64,000 bases of DNA. It comes from Candidatus Campbellbacteria bacterium (GTDB taxonomy: Bacteria; Patescibacteriota; Minisyncoccia; Phycocordibacterales; UBA1006). The stretch spans positions 10,794 to 74,793 of the forward strand of contig NZWR01000003.1 of NCBI GenBank assembly GCA_002698305.1, given 5' to 3'. The notes below the pieces were generated by a model, which was not told the DNA's origin, ran no database searches, and saw only the letters and a program-made list of their open reading frames with translations. The translations under genes were made by a program, and so were the position numbers. This document shows, in pieces, positions 29,600 through 39,911 of this stretch (the stretch's first letter is position 1; each line of letters begins with the position of its first letter).

Positions 29600-29948
29600 C
29601 CCTGAACTTGTTTCAGGGTCCCCCATCATGAAAAAGTATTTTGTCTATATTCTTACTAATAAAAATCACACTGTTTTATATATTGGTATGACGGGTAATT
29701 TAAGGGAAAGAATTCTTAAACACAGAGTTGGAAACGCTGCTCCATTTATGACACAATATAATTACAAAAAACTAGTTTACTTTTGTAGGTGTTTAGACAA
29801 AGTAGAAGCACTGAAAAAAGAAAAACAAATAAAAAACTGGAGACGTGAATGGAAAATTACGCTTATAGAAAAACAAAATCCTCTGTGGGAGGATTTTTTT
29901 GATTACCTTGTTTAAGTTGTGGGTTCAGGCCCTGAAACAAGTTCAGGG
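29600..29948. mobile_element. Putative GIY-YIG cassette bounded by inverted REP-like palindromes
   Basis: CCCTGAACTTGTTTCAGGG (29600-29618) and its exact reverse complement CCCTGAAACAAGTTCAGGG (29930-29948) flank a single GIY-YIG gene that lies antisense within the T4SS cluster. Confidence 0.6.
29628..29915 (+). CDS. Small GIY-YIG nuclease (YhbQ/UPF0213-like)
   Basis: YFVYILTNKNHTVLYIGMTGNL.ERI..H, KLVYF, EKQIKNWRREWKITLIEKQNPLWED. Confidence 0.92.
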   Translation: MKKYFVYILTNKNHTVLYIGMTGNLRERILKHRVGNAAPFMTQYNYKKLVYFCRCLDKVEALKKEKQIKNWRREWKITLIEKQNPLWEDFFDYLV

Positions 29949-29971
29949 CTTGGACTTTGACGAGTAACTAG

Positions 29972-30385
29972 TTACTCGTCAAAGTCCAAGATATCGAGGC
30001 TCCACGCAAGATCTGAAATTTTTTGATCGTTAGTTTCTTCAGGTAAATCGCCTTCTTTTGGAAAAGGTTTGTGGATTTGCTGTACATTTCGAGCCCCAGG
30101 TTCCGGATCTTTTTGTCGCCACAGATAGAATTTATTTGAAAAGCTGTATAGGATAAATGACTCTACCATTTCAATAAAAGGACGTCCATTTGGTTTGTAA
30201 AAAACCAAGGCAAGCGCAAAGCCCCCAATAGGTGCCCCAAGCAAGATGGCTGCAAATGTCGGCAGTGATTTGTAGAGAATAAAAATAATTCCTGCCCCAC
30301 CGACAAGGTATAAAGTTTCTCTAAACGTAAATGGACCAAATAGTTTGTCGGGTACATTGATAAATTGTGGCACTTCAAACCTCAT
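29972..30385 (-). CDS. PrgI family membrane protein (VirB3-like)
   Basis: MRFEVPQFI...DKLFGPFTFRE, two TMs, NGRPF. Confidence 0.85.
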   Translation of the reverse strand: MRFEVPQFINVPDKLFGPFTFRETLYLVGGAGIIFILYKSLPTFAAILLGAPIGGFALALVFYKPNGRPFIEMVESFILYSFSNKFYLWRQKDPEPGARNVQQIHKPFPKEGDLPEETNDQKISDLAWSLDILDFDE

Positions 30386-30438
30386 TAACATAAGTATAGC
30401 AAGTGCAAACTAAAAAGAAACATCGATGCTGATGTTTC

Positions 30439-31281
30439 TTAGTCTTTACTAATATCTTGCAAGCTTGGCTCAGATGATTGCTCTTTTTGGTATATGTGAG
30501 ATTCAACAGCTGGGGCAAACCCTTGTAGATGAATTTTTTTATCATGAGAATGATCAGGGGTATAGTTGCCTTGCCCAAAATCACGCCCTGTCGCTGCGCG
30601 AGTTTCTTCAGGAACAAACGCTGACAATGGATCGCCTTGTTTTAATATTTTCGTATCAGTTCGGTGCCCGCTAATTCCCTCAAGGTCTTTGTGAGTAATT
30701 TCTTCATTATAGCTGGTGGTGCTTTTCTCTAGCGTTGTTTGCGGTTCTTCGATGGTTTCATTATTTGCGACTTCTTTGTGTTCGGTAGCTCCTCCTAGAA
30801 TTGCAGCGACTTCTTTGTGAAGATGCGTATCAACAGAATCACGGGATTCATCTTCATCAACAAGGTGTACGCCAGAACCAGAAAGGTCACCTCGGAAATC
30901 ATCATGATCAATTGGTTCAAGGTATGGGTCAAATTGGACCGTTGTATCTTTTTGTGTGAGATGAGGCTGAACGTTTGTAGAAGTAAAGGATGCTTTTTGT
31001 ATGGGGGAGAGCACAGTGCTGTTAATATCGTTCACCAATGATTTAACTTTTTCTGGAAGGACACCTAAATGTTTCTGAATATGATTTGAGAGTTCATCTG
31101 GCTTACTCATTCCCACAATGACAAGCATAATTTCTCGATAGAGCTCGTCCTCTTGGTCAATACTGAGTTTGTGTGCGCGAGCAATCTCAGTAAGTTTTTT
31201 TGGCCATGGAAAATTTTTGACAGCTGATTTAATATTATCTGGAAGTTCTTCGATTTTCCGTTGAATAATGTCGTGTATCAT
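30439..31281 (-). CDS. Hypothetical protein, T4SS-cluster associated
   Basis: Helical N-terminal domain followed by a low-complexity tail with DPYLEPI; start from TATACT-N6-ATG. Confidence 0.7.
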   Translation of the reverse strand: MIHDIIQRKIEELPDNIKSAVKNFPWPKKLTEIARAHKLSIDQEDELYREIMLVIVGMSKPDELSNHIQKHLGVLPEKVKSLVNDINSTVLSPIQKASFTSTNVQPHLTQKDTTVQFDPYLEPIDHDDFRGDLSGSGVHLVDEDESRDSVDTHLHKEVAAILGGATEHKEVANNETIEEPQTTLEKSTTSYNEEITHKDLEGISGHRTDTKILKQGDPLSAFVPEETRAATGRDFGQGNYTPDHSHDKKIHLQGFAPAVESHIYQKEQSSEPSLQDISKD

Positions 31282-31340
31282 GACCATAGTATACCTTAGT
31301 ACCTCCAAGGGATAAAATAAAAACACCATTAATGGTGTTT

Positions 31341-31655
31341 TTATTTGTGTTTATATATTTCTGTGTGAATCAGTTTTAGGATTTTTTGTATATCTTCAGT
31401 TTCTCGAGCTCGCAGAGCAATACTTATATTGTCATCGGCAGATTTTAAAGAAATCATATCAAGTAGGTAGCCAATAGCATTTTCTTGCACCTCTCGTGAT
31501 TCATCATTTCCTAGTGCAAATGATGTTTCAATTTTTTGTATATCTTTCGCCATATCTCCTGATTCTAGATATTCCTGAGTTTGGGTTGAACTATTAACAA
31601 AATACTCTGCTAGAAGCTCTGCCTGTTTAGACGTGTTGTTTGGTTCTGTTGTCAT
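31341..31655 (-). CDS. Hypothetical protein
   Basis: 104-aa ORF starting 8 nt after the VirB6-like gene and followed by a terminator. Confidence 0.7.
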   Translation of the reverse strand: MTTEPNNTSKQAELLAEYFVNSSTQTQEYLESGDMAKDIQKIETSFALGNDESREVQENAIGYLLDMISLKSADDNISIALRARETEDIQKILKLIHTEIYKHK

Positions 31656-31663
31656 AATAATTG

Positions 31664-33973
31664 TTAGTTACCTTTTTTCTCGTTTTTATATCGGGCCTTG
31701 CTGAGATCTCTGTCAAAATCCTTGCCATCGTTGGCAAACATTCCTCCTACTTTAGTTTTACGTTCTTTTCTTAATTCTTGAATACGAGGATTTTTCCCAA
31801 TCCAGCTGGCGAGATATCCAGCAGCAGCTCCACCTAAGGCTGCTCCAACATATGCACCTGCCCCAGGAAGAACGATTGATGTAATTGTTCCTCCTAATAC
31901 TGCACCAACGGTAGAAGCTTTTTTGGTATCACCATATCCACCTTGTTGTTCTCGCGCGTCTAGATACTGTTCTGTTCTTCTTCGACCATCCTGTGCAAAT
32001 GGAGTATTTGTATCCAAGATCTTTTGATCCTTGTCAGTTAGGTCATCTTTCCTGCCTTTAATTTCAACCTTCAGTTGGCCAATTTCAGCCTTGAGGCCAT
32101 CAGCTTTTCCAATCTTCTCATTGTCAATTGGCCTCCCAGCATCTTTATCATCTTGTATAAGTCTTCGTACATCCTTGAGGTCTTCTTGTTTTTTAGTAAC
32201 ATCCTCCTCTTTTTTTAGAATTTCATTTTCAATCTCTTTAACTCGTTTAACCTCAAAGCTAGGTTTTCCATTCTCATCAAGAAGAATATCCCCTGCCTTA
32301 GCTTCGTCATAGTTTCCTGGGCCAGCAAGCATTTCTCTTGTAGCATTTTCACTCTGAGCTTGAGCTTCGGTCATTCGCGTGTATGAACGAACCCCGTATG
32401 CACCATCTCGGTAGTTGTCTTCTTTGGTCGACATCCAGTCATTGAATTTAGTTGCTTTCTCTTCTTTTTCTTTTGCAATTCTTTCTTGTCGCGGCTTGAA
32501 TCCTTCTTTAACATTTAAGGCGTTCGTAGCTGTAATACCTGTTTGTTTTCCTAGGTATTGTGCTGCTTTTGTTTGCCTAAAATCAAAGGTTGATGATTGG
32601 GCGCGATCAGCAAGGTTGTATGCTGAACGACCAAGGCTTCCGCTTTTTGCAGCCAGGTTTTTAAATCGTTCTGATTTCATCGCCCGGCCTGCTACTGCCC
32701 CAACTGTTCCTCGTGCTGCTAATGCCGCTCCTCCAGTTGCAACACCAAGCCCAACAGCAGCTGCACCTCCAACGGCCTTGTTTACGACATGGCTGATAGT
32801 TCCGGCGATTTCTCCTGACATTTTTTGCGCCACTCTTTTTGAAAGCATGATAATGGCAACAATTCCAAGCATCGGAATAATGACGTAGAATATTTGTTTA
32901 ATAAAATCATTCGTTGCTCCTGATTCAGAAACAATATTGATATTCATGAATTTAATAGCAAGGAAGAGGAAAAAGAGAAAGGCTGCCGGCATAAAGGCCA
33001 TCTTAATAAGATCGTTCAGCCATTTTTTAAATCCTACATAAGGCAAGCTCTCCATTCCGGGGACCGTAATAGAGGCGAAAGCAAGGGGGGCAAGCACCAC
33101 GGTGATATATAAACCAATAGTTCTCCCAAGCATGAGTAAGGCTACCGACATAAAGGTGAAAATTATAACAGCGTTTATAATTCCGATAATAAAGACGAGC
33201 ACGAGCCTCACTCCTGTACTTGCATTACTTCCTCCTTCAGCACCAACTTCGTTGAGGATTTTTTGCGGATTGAATTTTGCTGCAATCGCCAATGAGACGG
33301 ACTCTTCTCCAGACAAATCATTAACCAAATCCCCATCATTGATGGCCTGCCCTTCTCCGTCAATAATTGTGGTGTTTTGAGCAGTACCACCAATATTGTT
33401 ATAGAACACAAACCCTAATACATTACCAAGATCAACCAAAAGAAATGAGAAAAATAAACTAAAGTTAATAGTTAGAGCCACCAGTATTGTTTTAACGAGT
33501 CGCTGCTTATCATCTCGTCCCGCCATACCGAGCACCATTTTGAACGCCATTACAAGTAGTGCAAATATAAACAATACATTCGTAAGATCACGTAATATTT
33601 CCCATCCTTCTACAATAAAACCAGCATCACGATAGGAGGAGCTTTGCAGGGTAAATTCCATGAAAAAGTCCAGCACCATTCCTGCAACCAAAACCAAGAA
33701 ACCTCCAACCGTAATAAGAAGCATTTGGAAAAAGTTTACAATTCCACACCCAAAGTCGTACCATGTACAGTCAAGATATCCGACATCCTGCGATCCAGCG
33801 GGTGTTGGTGGGTTGTTCGCGTCAAAACCGCCTCCTTCTACACCGCCGTCACCAGCACTGCCTTGTGCGTACACAACCGCGGGACTTATCCCTGACTCGT
33901 TCTGCGTAACAGGCGGAGTAACAATAGCAGTAAAAAAGACAAAAACTAGTAAAATCTTAATAAAGGTTTTCAT
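31664..33973 (-). CDS. VirB6/TrbL-like polytopic membrane protein
   Basis: Signal peptide, GWEILRDLTN, ALTINFSLF, 7-8 TMs, Gly/Ala-rich segment and coiled-coil tail; in the VirB4 cluster. Confidence 0.75.
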   Translation of the reverse strand: MKTFIKILLVFVFFTAIVTPPVTQNESGISPAVVYAQGSAGDGGVEGGGFDANNPPTPAGSQDVGYLDCTWYDFGCGIVNFFQMLLITVGGFLVLVAGMVLDFFMEFTLQSSSYRDAGFIVEGWEILRDLTNVLFIFALLVMAFKMVLGMAGRDDKQRLVKTILVALTINFSLFFSFLLVDLGNVLGFVFYNNIGGTAQNTTIIDGEGQAINDGDLVNDLSGEESVSLAIAAKFNPQKILNEVGAEGGSNASTGVRLVLVFIIGIINAVIIFTFMSVALLMLGRTIGLYITVVLAPLAFASITVPGMESLPYVGFKKWLNDLIKMAFMPAAFLFFLFLAIKFMNINIVSESGATNDFIKQIFYVIIPMLGIVAIIMLSKRVAQKMSGEIAGTISHVVNKAVGGAAAVGLGVATGGAALAARGTVGAVAGRAMKSERFKNLAAKSGSLGRSAYNLADRAQSSTFDFRQTKAAQYLGKQTGITATNALNVKEGFKPRQERIAKEKEEKATKFNDWMSTKEDNYRDGAYGVRSYTRMTEAQAQSENATREMLAGPGNYDEAKAGDILLDENGKPSFEVKRVKEIENEILKKEEDVTKKQEDLKDVRRLIQDDKDAGRPIDNEKIGKADGLKAEIGQLKVEIKGRKDDLTDKDQKILDTNTPFAQDGRRRTEQYLDAREQQGGYGDTKKASTVGAVLGGTITSIVLPGAGAYVGAALGGAAAGYLASWIGKNPRIQELRKERKTKVGGMFANDGKDFDRDLSKARYKNEKKGN

Positions 33974-34112
33974 AAATATCTTTATTATATGTTATATGTG
34001 CTGGTTAGCATACTCTTTGTTTTCCTTTATTTATCCACAGTTGATAGCAAAAGCATTTACAGAGGTTGAAATTATATGTCATAATAAAGAAAATAATAAA
34101 AATCCATATACT

Positions 34113-34577
34113 ATGAAAAAGCTCATTTTTATTTTAGCTCTATTTGTGACTTTCTTCTCTCAAAATACTTTTGCCCAAAGCAACGCCCCTGAATTACAAC
34201 AAAGAGGTGGAGATATTATGCGTGAGTATTATGATGACTATAGAGAAGCAACACGAACTATTCTCAAGCAATCCTATCCGAATGCCTACGCAGACGGACT
34301 GTGGATTGAGGGAAAGAACTGGCTCGTGCTTAACAACTTTTATAACTGCAAAGATTCCGAGTTTTACTACTGGAGTGTGCTAATACAGCAATACAATTCT
34401 ACAACGGGTAAATATCAAAAAGGTGTGATTTACTATGCCTGCCCTACAAAGTGGCTAAAAAACGGTAAGTTTACCCCAAAGAGCCTTGCTAATACAACTA
34501 TTGTAGGAAAAAAGAAAGCATACACCGGAATGGAAGAGTATCTTACAGACAGCGAAGTAGCTTCAAACACACCGTAA
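34113..34577 (+). CDS. Secreted hypothetical protein
   Basis: MKKLIFILALFVTFFSQNTFA|QS; true start is internal to the 33660 ORF; followed by a terminator near 34600-34637. Confidence 0.8.
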   Translation: MKKLIFILALFVTFFSQNTFAQSNAPELQQRGGDIMREYYDDYREATRTILKQSYPNAYADGLWIEGKNWLVLNNFYNCKDSEFYYWSVLIQQYNSTTGKYQKGVIYYACPTKWLKNGKFTPKSLANTTIVGKKKAYTGMEEYLTDSEVASNTP

Positions 34578-34705
34578 ATATACGGTACAAGTTAAGACCA
34601 AAAGACCTTGTTATATGTTATATACAGGGTCTTTTTTATGTATAAATTTTCTCAAAACAAAAACCCTCAGTGCATGAGGGTTTTTTAATTCAGAGCCAAG
34701 ATACC

Positions 34706-37348
34706 CTAATTATTGATTCCAGAAACAATTAATTGATAATCAAGTTTGCTGGCTGAATAGAAGTCTTTCCAACAATTAGTTCCGTCGGTATCGTTATCTC
34801 CTGCTCGGTTAATAACTTCAAATGATCCGGCATTACGACAGAAAAGATGACCTCGAGAACCTGCTGAGCCTGCTCGATTTGTTTTTGCATAGGCCCTGTC
34901 TACTCGGTACATATCTTTTATGGTAAGTTTGTTTCTATTTTCAGAATAAGGAAAATCATCATCAGGATAAAAGTCGTTAAAATATTGTTCTTTTTCTTGC
35001 GGCGAATTAAAACCAAGGATACTGTTTTCAATAGCTGAAGGTGCTGTCATGGTTCCTGTCTTTAGAACCGTAATAGTATTAGGTTGGTTCTGTAGGGCAG
35101 CTTCTGATTCAAGGAACGTTTTAAGCTGTGCATCATTTCTGACTGAATTATTGTTGTAGAATGCTAGAACATTACCTATTGGTGGAATAGTTGCATATGC
35201 AGGGTCGTATTCATCAATAAACTCAGCAAGCTCAAATATTTTATCATCTTGATCAATACCCTCGTTGTTGACAATACCTGAAATAGTTGCTCGGTCTGTT
35301 CCAACGGCATATGCCTTAAATACCATACAATCTAGAGCAGATCCGTATGATTGCTCGATACTGCTACTTACTTGTTTAAGTCTTGTTTGAGCAATAACAA
35401 TAAATTGTTGGTTTGATAGATTTGGTGTCAGTGCGTGGAAAATTTGACGAAGCTCAAGTTTTCTTGCTGGGTCTGTTTGATTACGCCATAACCACCACCC
35501 AATACTAAACACAGCTTGTTTAACAGCCTCTTCGTCATTTTCCAGTGCAGATGTAAAGAGAATATTTTCACCTTGAATGTATTCAGGGTTATTGTAGTAT
35601 CCGCTATCTATTGCTAGACCTAATAACTCTTGTTTTTGTGTAGCGCTTAATGCATCCCAATCCTCACTAAAGAGTACAAGATTTTCATTAACAGGAATCT
35701 TTTGTACATTAAAGTCTGCTAGAATTTCTGTTTTAAGTAGTCCAAGAGACAAGATGACTCGTTGTAAGTCGTTGTACCTGAACTGGTTTTCATTTGAGAT
35801 AGTCTCAAGGGTATCAAAGATATTATCAAGTTGTCCTTGCATTATTGAACCACCAGGAATAGTAACACTTGGATCTTGAACCATCGTCTTTGTTTCGTTT
35901 AGACCAATTTCGTTTATTTGGTTACCCTCATCATCACCAAATATTGGTAAGACGTCTTGATACCGCTCTTCCCATCCTGTGTCAGGTCCAGGGATACATT
36001 TATCGAATTCAAATAATACATTAGCCGCCGTCGCTACCTCGCTTCGTATTTCTTCGTAAGCTTCACGTTCTTCAACTGCCATTTGAATATTATTTTCGAG
36101 TACTTCTTGGAAGTTAATAATAATTTGAGGTCCATCATTTATTCCATTTCCTATATCTTCTGGTCCACCAATATAGAGATCCTGATTGATTCCCCCACCT
36201 GGAGCACCAGGAGGATTCCCACCTGAAGTTCCAGATCCATTTATATCTATATTTCCAGGATTGATACCAAGTACATCATATTCGGATTGGTATTGGATGT
36301 TTCCGTCAGGGTTAAAAGTACTTACTGCATCAGAGCGACTAAAAAATGCTTTTGTCGCTTCATTTGAAATTTCCCCTAATCCATTTTGTATAAGCCCATC
36401 AGCTACTCGACCCACGCTTTGTATTAAGGCAGAGACAAGCCCGTCGGAAAGGTTGGCAGCAGATGTGGTGTCTACTTTAAGTGCTTCATTTAACTGACTT
36501 GCGATTTGGTCCCCTGGTGTTTCTACGACCTCACGTTTACAGACTTTTTTTCCGTCTGCATTTGTTACCTCTTCCTCACAGGTTTTTTTAGAAAGAACTC
36601 CAGTCGTAACAGAAAGTTCTTTATTTTGAAGGTCAATTGAACTTACTACCCCTTGGCTTAACTCAGAATTAATAACTGAACGGAGACCTGTGGGTGAATT
36701 TGGTAATTCACCCAAAAGAGCGTACGCAGCTAATCCTCCGCTAGCAAGATCATTATTAAAATCATTTCGTGACGATCCTGATTGCGCTAAGTAACTATCA
36801 AGAGTTTGAGCGTTTCCTGAGACAATATTATTAAAATCATTAATCAGAAGGTTCTGACCAGCGTACTGTGCAACGTATTCTGCAGACTGTCGCTGGTTAA
36901 GAAATTGTGCGTTTTGGAAAAGTTCCCAATTGCTTTGTGCCTGACCGCCTGGGTCGTTAGGATCACCCTGATTATTATTTGCTTGGGAGATGGCAAGGCT
37001 GTTGGCATAACTAAATGAGTCAGATAAAAACTCATACTCAGTACCGCGAAGAAGTTCACCATAATTATTGATAAACCCTGCTTCACCATCAAAACCACCA
37101 GTTGCCCAGTTGATTGTGTCCTCCGAGAGTTTTCTAAGCATGCGATCTGCAATTTCAAGAACAAGTGGTTCCAAAACTTGCTTGGACAAACCTTCCCAAA
37201 CTTCTTCACCGGTTGTTAAGAAGTTAATAATAGAGTTGAATATGTTCGCTGCGGCATCGACTTGAGCTTCAGCTTTCTGTGGCTGAGCCATAAAAAGAGA
37301 GAAACTTAATATTGAAGCAGTCAAGAAGGTAGTAAGAAACTTTTTCAT
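34706..37348 (-). CDS. Large secreted protein, T4SS-cluster associated
   Basis: Signal peptide ending AEA|Q; TINWATGGFDG..GFI, C....C...VETPG..I; co-oriented with the VirB6/VirB4 genes. Confidence 0.75.
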   Translation of the reverse strand: MKKFLTTFLTASILSFSLFMAQPQKAEAQVDAAANIFNSIINFLTTGEEVWEGLSKQVLEPLVLEIADRMLRKLSEDTINWATGGFDGEAGFINNYGELLRGTEYEFLSDSFSYANSLAISQANNNQGDPNDPGGQAQSNWELFQNAQFLNQRQSAEYVAQYAGQNLLINDFNNIVSGNAQTLDSYLAQSGSSRNDFNNDLASGGLAAYALLGELPNSPTGLRSVINSELSQGVVSSIDLQNKELSVTTGVLSKKTCEEEVTNADGKKVCKREVVETPGDQIASQLNEALKVDTTSAANLSDGLVSALIQSVGRVADGLIQNGLGEISNEATKAFFSRSDAVSTFNPDGNIQYQSEYDVLGINPGNIDINGSGTSGGNPPGAPGGGINQDLYIGGPEDIGNGINDGPQIIINFQEVLENNIQMAVEEREAYEEIRSEVATAANVLFEFDKCIPGPDTGWEERYQDVLPIFGDDEGNQINEIGLNETKTMVQDPSVTIPGGSIMQGQLDNIFDTLETISNENQFRYNDLQRVILSLGLLKTEILADFNVQKIPVNENLVLFSEDWDALSATQKQELLGLAIDSGYYNNPEYIQGENILFTSALENDEEAVKQAVFSIGWWLWRNQTDPARKLELRQIFHALTPNLSNQQFIVIAQTRLKQVSSSIEQSYGSALDCMVFKAYAVGTDRATISGIVNNEGIDQDDKIFELAEFIDEYDPAYATIPPIGNVLAFYNNNSVRNDAQLKTFLESEAALQNQPNTITVLKTGTMTAPSAIENSILGFNSPQEKEQYFNDFYPDDDFPYSENRNKLTIKDMYRVDRAYAKTNRAGSAGSRGHLFCRNAGSFEVINRAGDNDTDGTNCWKDFYSASKLDYQLIVSGINN

Positions 37349-37465
37349 ATGCCTTAAAGTATACCACCCATTATTCAGGGATAAAACACGCAGGACTCTA
37401 TTGATAGCTTTTGTGATTTGATTATACTTGGAGGTACTTACTTATTTTTAATCTACACTTATATT

Positions 37466-37999
37466 ATGAATCTATGGCATGACGTAACACGTGGGGATAA
37501 CACACCCGAAGAATTAAACTGTATTATAGAAATCCCAAAAGGGTCACCAAATAAATACGAAATTGATAAGGAAACAGGGCTTATTGCTCTTGATCGTGCT
37601 AACTATAGCTCAGCACCCTACCCGTTTGATTACGGGTTTGTACCACAAACTCTGTGGGATGATGGAGACGCGCTGGATATTATTGTTCCATCTACTTTTC
37701 CGTTAGCGACGGGAATCTTGGTGCGTGTGCGGCCAGTGGCTGTAATGGAGATGATTGATGATGGAGAATCTGATTACAAGGTTATTGCGGTTCCTGTTGA
37801 TGATAAACGCTGGGATGATGTAAAAAACCTTGAAGACCTTAACCAACATAATGTTAAGGAGTGGAAGCATTTCTTTGAAACCTATAAAGAATTAAAAGGA
37901 AAAGAAAACATCGTCGAGATTCGCGGTATCAAAGGGCGTGATGCAGCAATTGAAGCAGTAAAAAAATCTATTGCACTCTATGACGAGAAACACGCATAA
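37466..37999 (+). CDS. ppa: Inorganic pyrophosphatase (family I)
   Basis: IEIPKGS.NKYEIDK, YPFDYGFVPQT..DDGDALD, HFFETYK. Confidence 0.96.
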   Translation: MNLWHDVTRGDNTPEELNCIIEIPKGSPNKYEIDKETGLIALDRANYSSAPYPFDYGFVPQTLWDDGDALDIIVPSTFPLATGILVRVRPVAVMEMIDDGESDYKVIAVPVDDKRWDDVKNLEDLNQHNVKEWKHFFETYKELKGKENIVEIRGIKGRDAAIEAVKKSIALYDEKHA

Positions 38000-38070
38000 A
38001 AAAACAGCAGCTTGATGCTGTTTTTCTTATTATCCATAGTCAAAAACAATCTTTTTGTTATAGTGATGCC

Positions 38071-39129
38071 ATGAAAACAGAAGTAACAAAAAAAGAAAAT
38101 GCAGAGGTTGTTATCAGCGTGGTGTTACCCAACAAAGATATCCAGGTATATAGGGATGATGTTGAGGCAGCACTTATCAAGAAAGTAAAAGTTGATGGAT
38201 TCCGAGAAGGCAATGTTCCAAAAGATGTTGCTATGAAGCAAATCAGTGAGATGCAAATTTTAGAAGAAATGGCTCAGCGCGCAATCAGCGCTAAATATGT
38301 CGAGATTCTTGAAAAAGAAGATATTAAGGCGATTGGACATCCACAAATTTCTATTACTAAAATTGCTCCCGACCAAGACCTAGAATTTACGATTACGACT
38401 GCTATTATGCCAGAGGTAACATTGGGTGATTATACAAAGATTGCTAAAGAAGCAATGAATGAGGAATACTCTGAAGATGTTGAGGAAAAAGAGCTTGAAG
38501 AAGCAATTAATAACCTACGGCGAATGCGAGCACAGCAAGAGCTATCTAAAGATCAAAAAGAAGGAGAAGAGCCGGTTTCATGGAGCGATATTAAAGATGA
38601 AGAGCTACCAGAGCTCACTGATGAATGGGTTAAAGAATTGGGGAGCTTTGAAAATGTTGAAGACTTTAAATCAAAGATGAAAGAAAATCTTCAAAAAGAA
38701 AAAGCAGCTAAAAACACAGAAAAACGACGAATTGCTATTCTTGACGGTATTTTGAAAGACTCAACGATTGAGGTGCCGGCAATTATGGTTGACTATGAAA
38801 CTGATAAGATGATGCATGAATTTGAAGGAAATATTGCAATGACCGGTATGAGTTTTGACGATTATCTAAAATCAATCGGAAAAACTCGTGAAGATTATAA
38901 AAAAGAATGGCGAGAACAAGCAGTGAAACGAGCAAAAACGCAGGTTATGCTGAACGAAATAGCCGCTCAAGAAAAGATTGAAGCTGATGACAAGGAGGTA
39001 GATGAAGAAGTAACAAAGATTATGGAACAATATAAAGGACAACAAGGTGTTGATGAAAATAATGCCCGCGCGTATGTTGCAACCGTACTGACACATCAAA
39101 AAGTATTTGAATTTTTAGAGAAACAATAA
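38071..39129 (+). CDS. tig: Trigger factor (apparently lacking the FKBP domain)
   Basis: VDGFREGNVP ribosome-binding signature, LPELTDEW, upstream of clpP; only 352 aa. Confidence 0.9.
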   Translation: MKTEVTKKENAEVVISVVLPNKDIQVYRDDVEAALIKKVKVDGFREGNVPKDVAMKQISEMQILEEMAQRAISAKYVEILEKEDIKAIGHPQISITKIAPDQDLEFTITTAIMPEVTLGDYTKIAKEAMNEEYSEDVEEKELEEAINNLRRMRAQQELSKDQKEGEEPVSWSDIKDEELPELTDEWVKELGSFENVEDFKSKMKENLQKEKAAKNTEKRRIAILDGILKDSTIEVPAIMVDYETDKMMHEFEGNIAMTGMSFDDYLKSIGKTREDYKKEWREQAVKRAKTQVMLNEIAAQEKIEADDKEVDEEVTKIMEQYKGQQGVDENNARAYVATVLTHQKVFEFLEKQ

Positions 39130-39249
39130 ATCTTTGATTTATATGTTCTCCTTGTGTAAAGACCTTGAATCACAAAAATAAAAAACCGCATAGGTTTTTA
39201 TTTTTTAAATAGCGCCAAAATTTCTCTGTTCAGGTGGTATACTCTTTGT

Positions 39250-39519
39250 ATGAAAAATAAACGAGGACAACGATTTCATGTTCATATTAACAACGAGTTA
39301 AAAGAGATTTTTGTAGGACACCACACACTTTTTTCAGTTATTGGTTTTACTGTTGGTGGTATTTTGGTTGGTGAAACGGTTAAAGAATGGGCCCATGTCC
39401 ACATTGGTCTTCCGGCAACCTTGCTGGCAGGTTTGCTCTTGATTCTGTTAACAGGAATTACTTTGCATAAATTCAGTGACAGGAAATTAGAAAAAGAGCT
39501 TGATGATGAAATAGAATAA
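39250..39519 (+). CDS. Small membrane protein
   Basis: Two hydrophobic segments; TATACT-N6-ATG. Confidence 0.7.
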   Translation: MKNKRGQRFHVHINNELKEIFVGHHTLFSVIGFTVGGILVGETVKEWAHVHIGLPATLLAGLLLILLTGITLHKFSDRKLEKELDDEIE

Positions 39520-39549
39520 GGTGAGATATTTGTGATATTCTAGGTATAG

Positions 39550-39864
39550 ATGGAAAGTTACGAATTTTACAAAAAAGTAGACCCAGACAAGCTCATCTTG
39601 CGAGATTATCTTGCCTTTGATAGAACCGTTCTGGCAAATTATAGGACGGCATTGTCTTTCTATCGAACAGCACTCGGTTCTCTGGCGGCTGGTCTTGCTC
39701 TGATACAAATTTATCAAGGAGATGTATTGCTGGTAAGTATTGGCTTTATTGCTCTTGGTCTATCGGTTATGTTCCTGGCGACAGGGGTCTTTAGTTTCTT
39801 TACCACTAAAAAGAGAATGAAGGAGATTTACAACAAGCGCGAGCTCCATAAAAATTATGAGTAA
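39550..39864 (+). CDS. DUF202/YidH family membrane protein
   Basis: [26 protein letters not shown]. Confidence 0.85.
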   Translation: MESYEFYKKVDPDKLILRDYLAFDRTVLANYRTALSFYRTALGSLAAGLALIQIYQGDVLLVSIGFIALGLSVMFLATGVFSFFTTKKRMKEIYNKRELHKNYE

Positions 39865-39911
39865 TAACGAAAAGACTTGTTAAACAGGTCTTTTCGTTTA
39901 ATATTTTATAT

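Noticed and set aside
33660..34112. 5' part of the 305-aa plus-strand ORF
   Set aside because: Overlaps the VirB6-like gene antisense; the real gene starts at the signal peptide at 34113.
21332..37348. Integrative conjugative element
   Set aside because: No relaxase, coupling protein, integrase or att repeats seen; it resembles the resident Patescibacteria T4SS-like locus.
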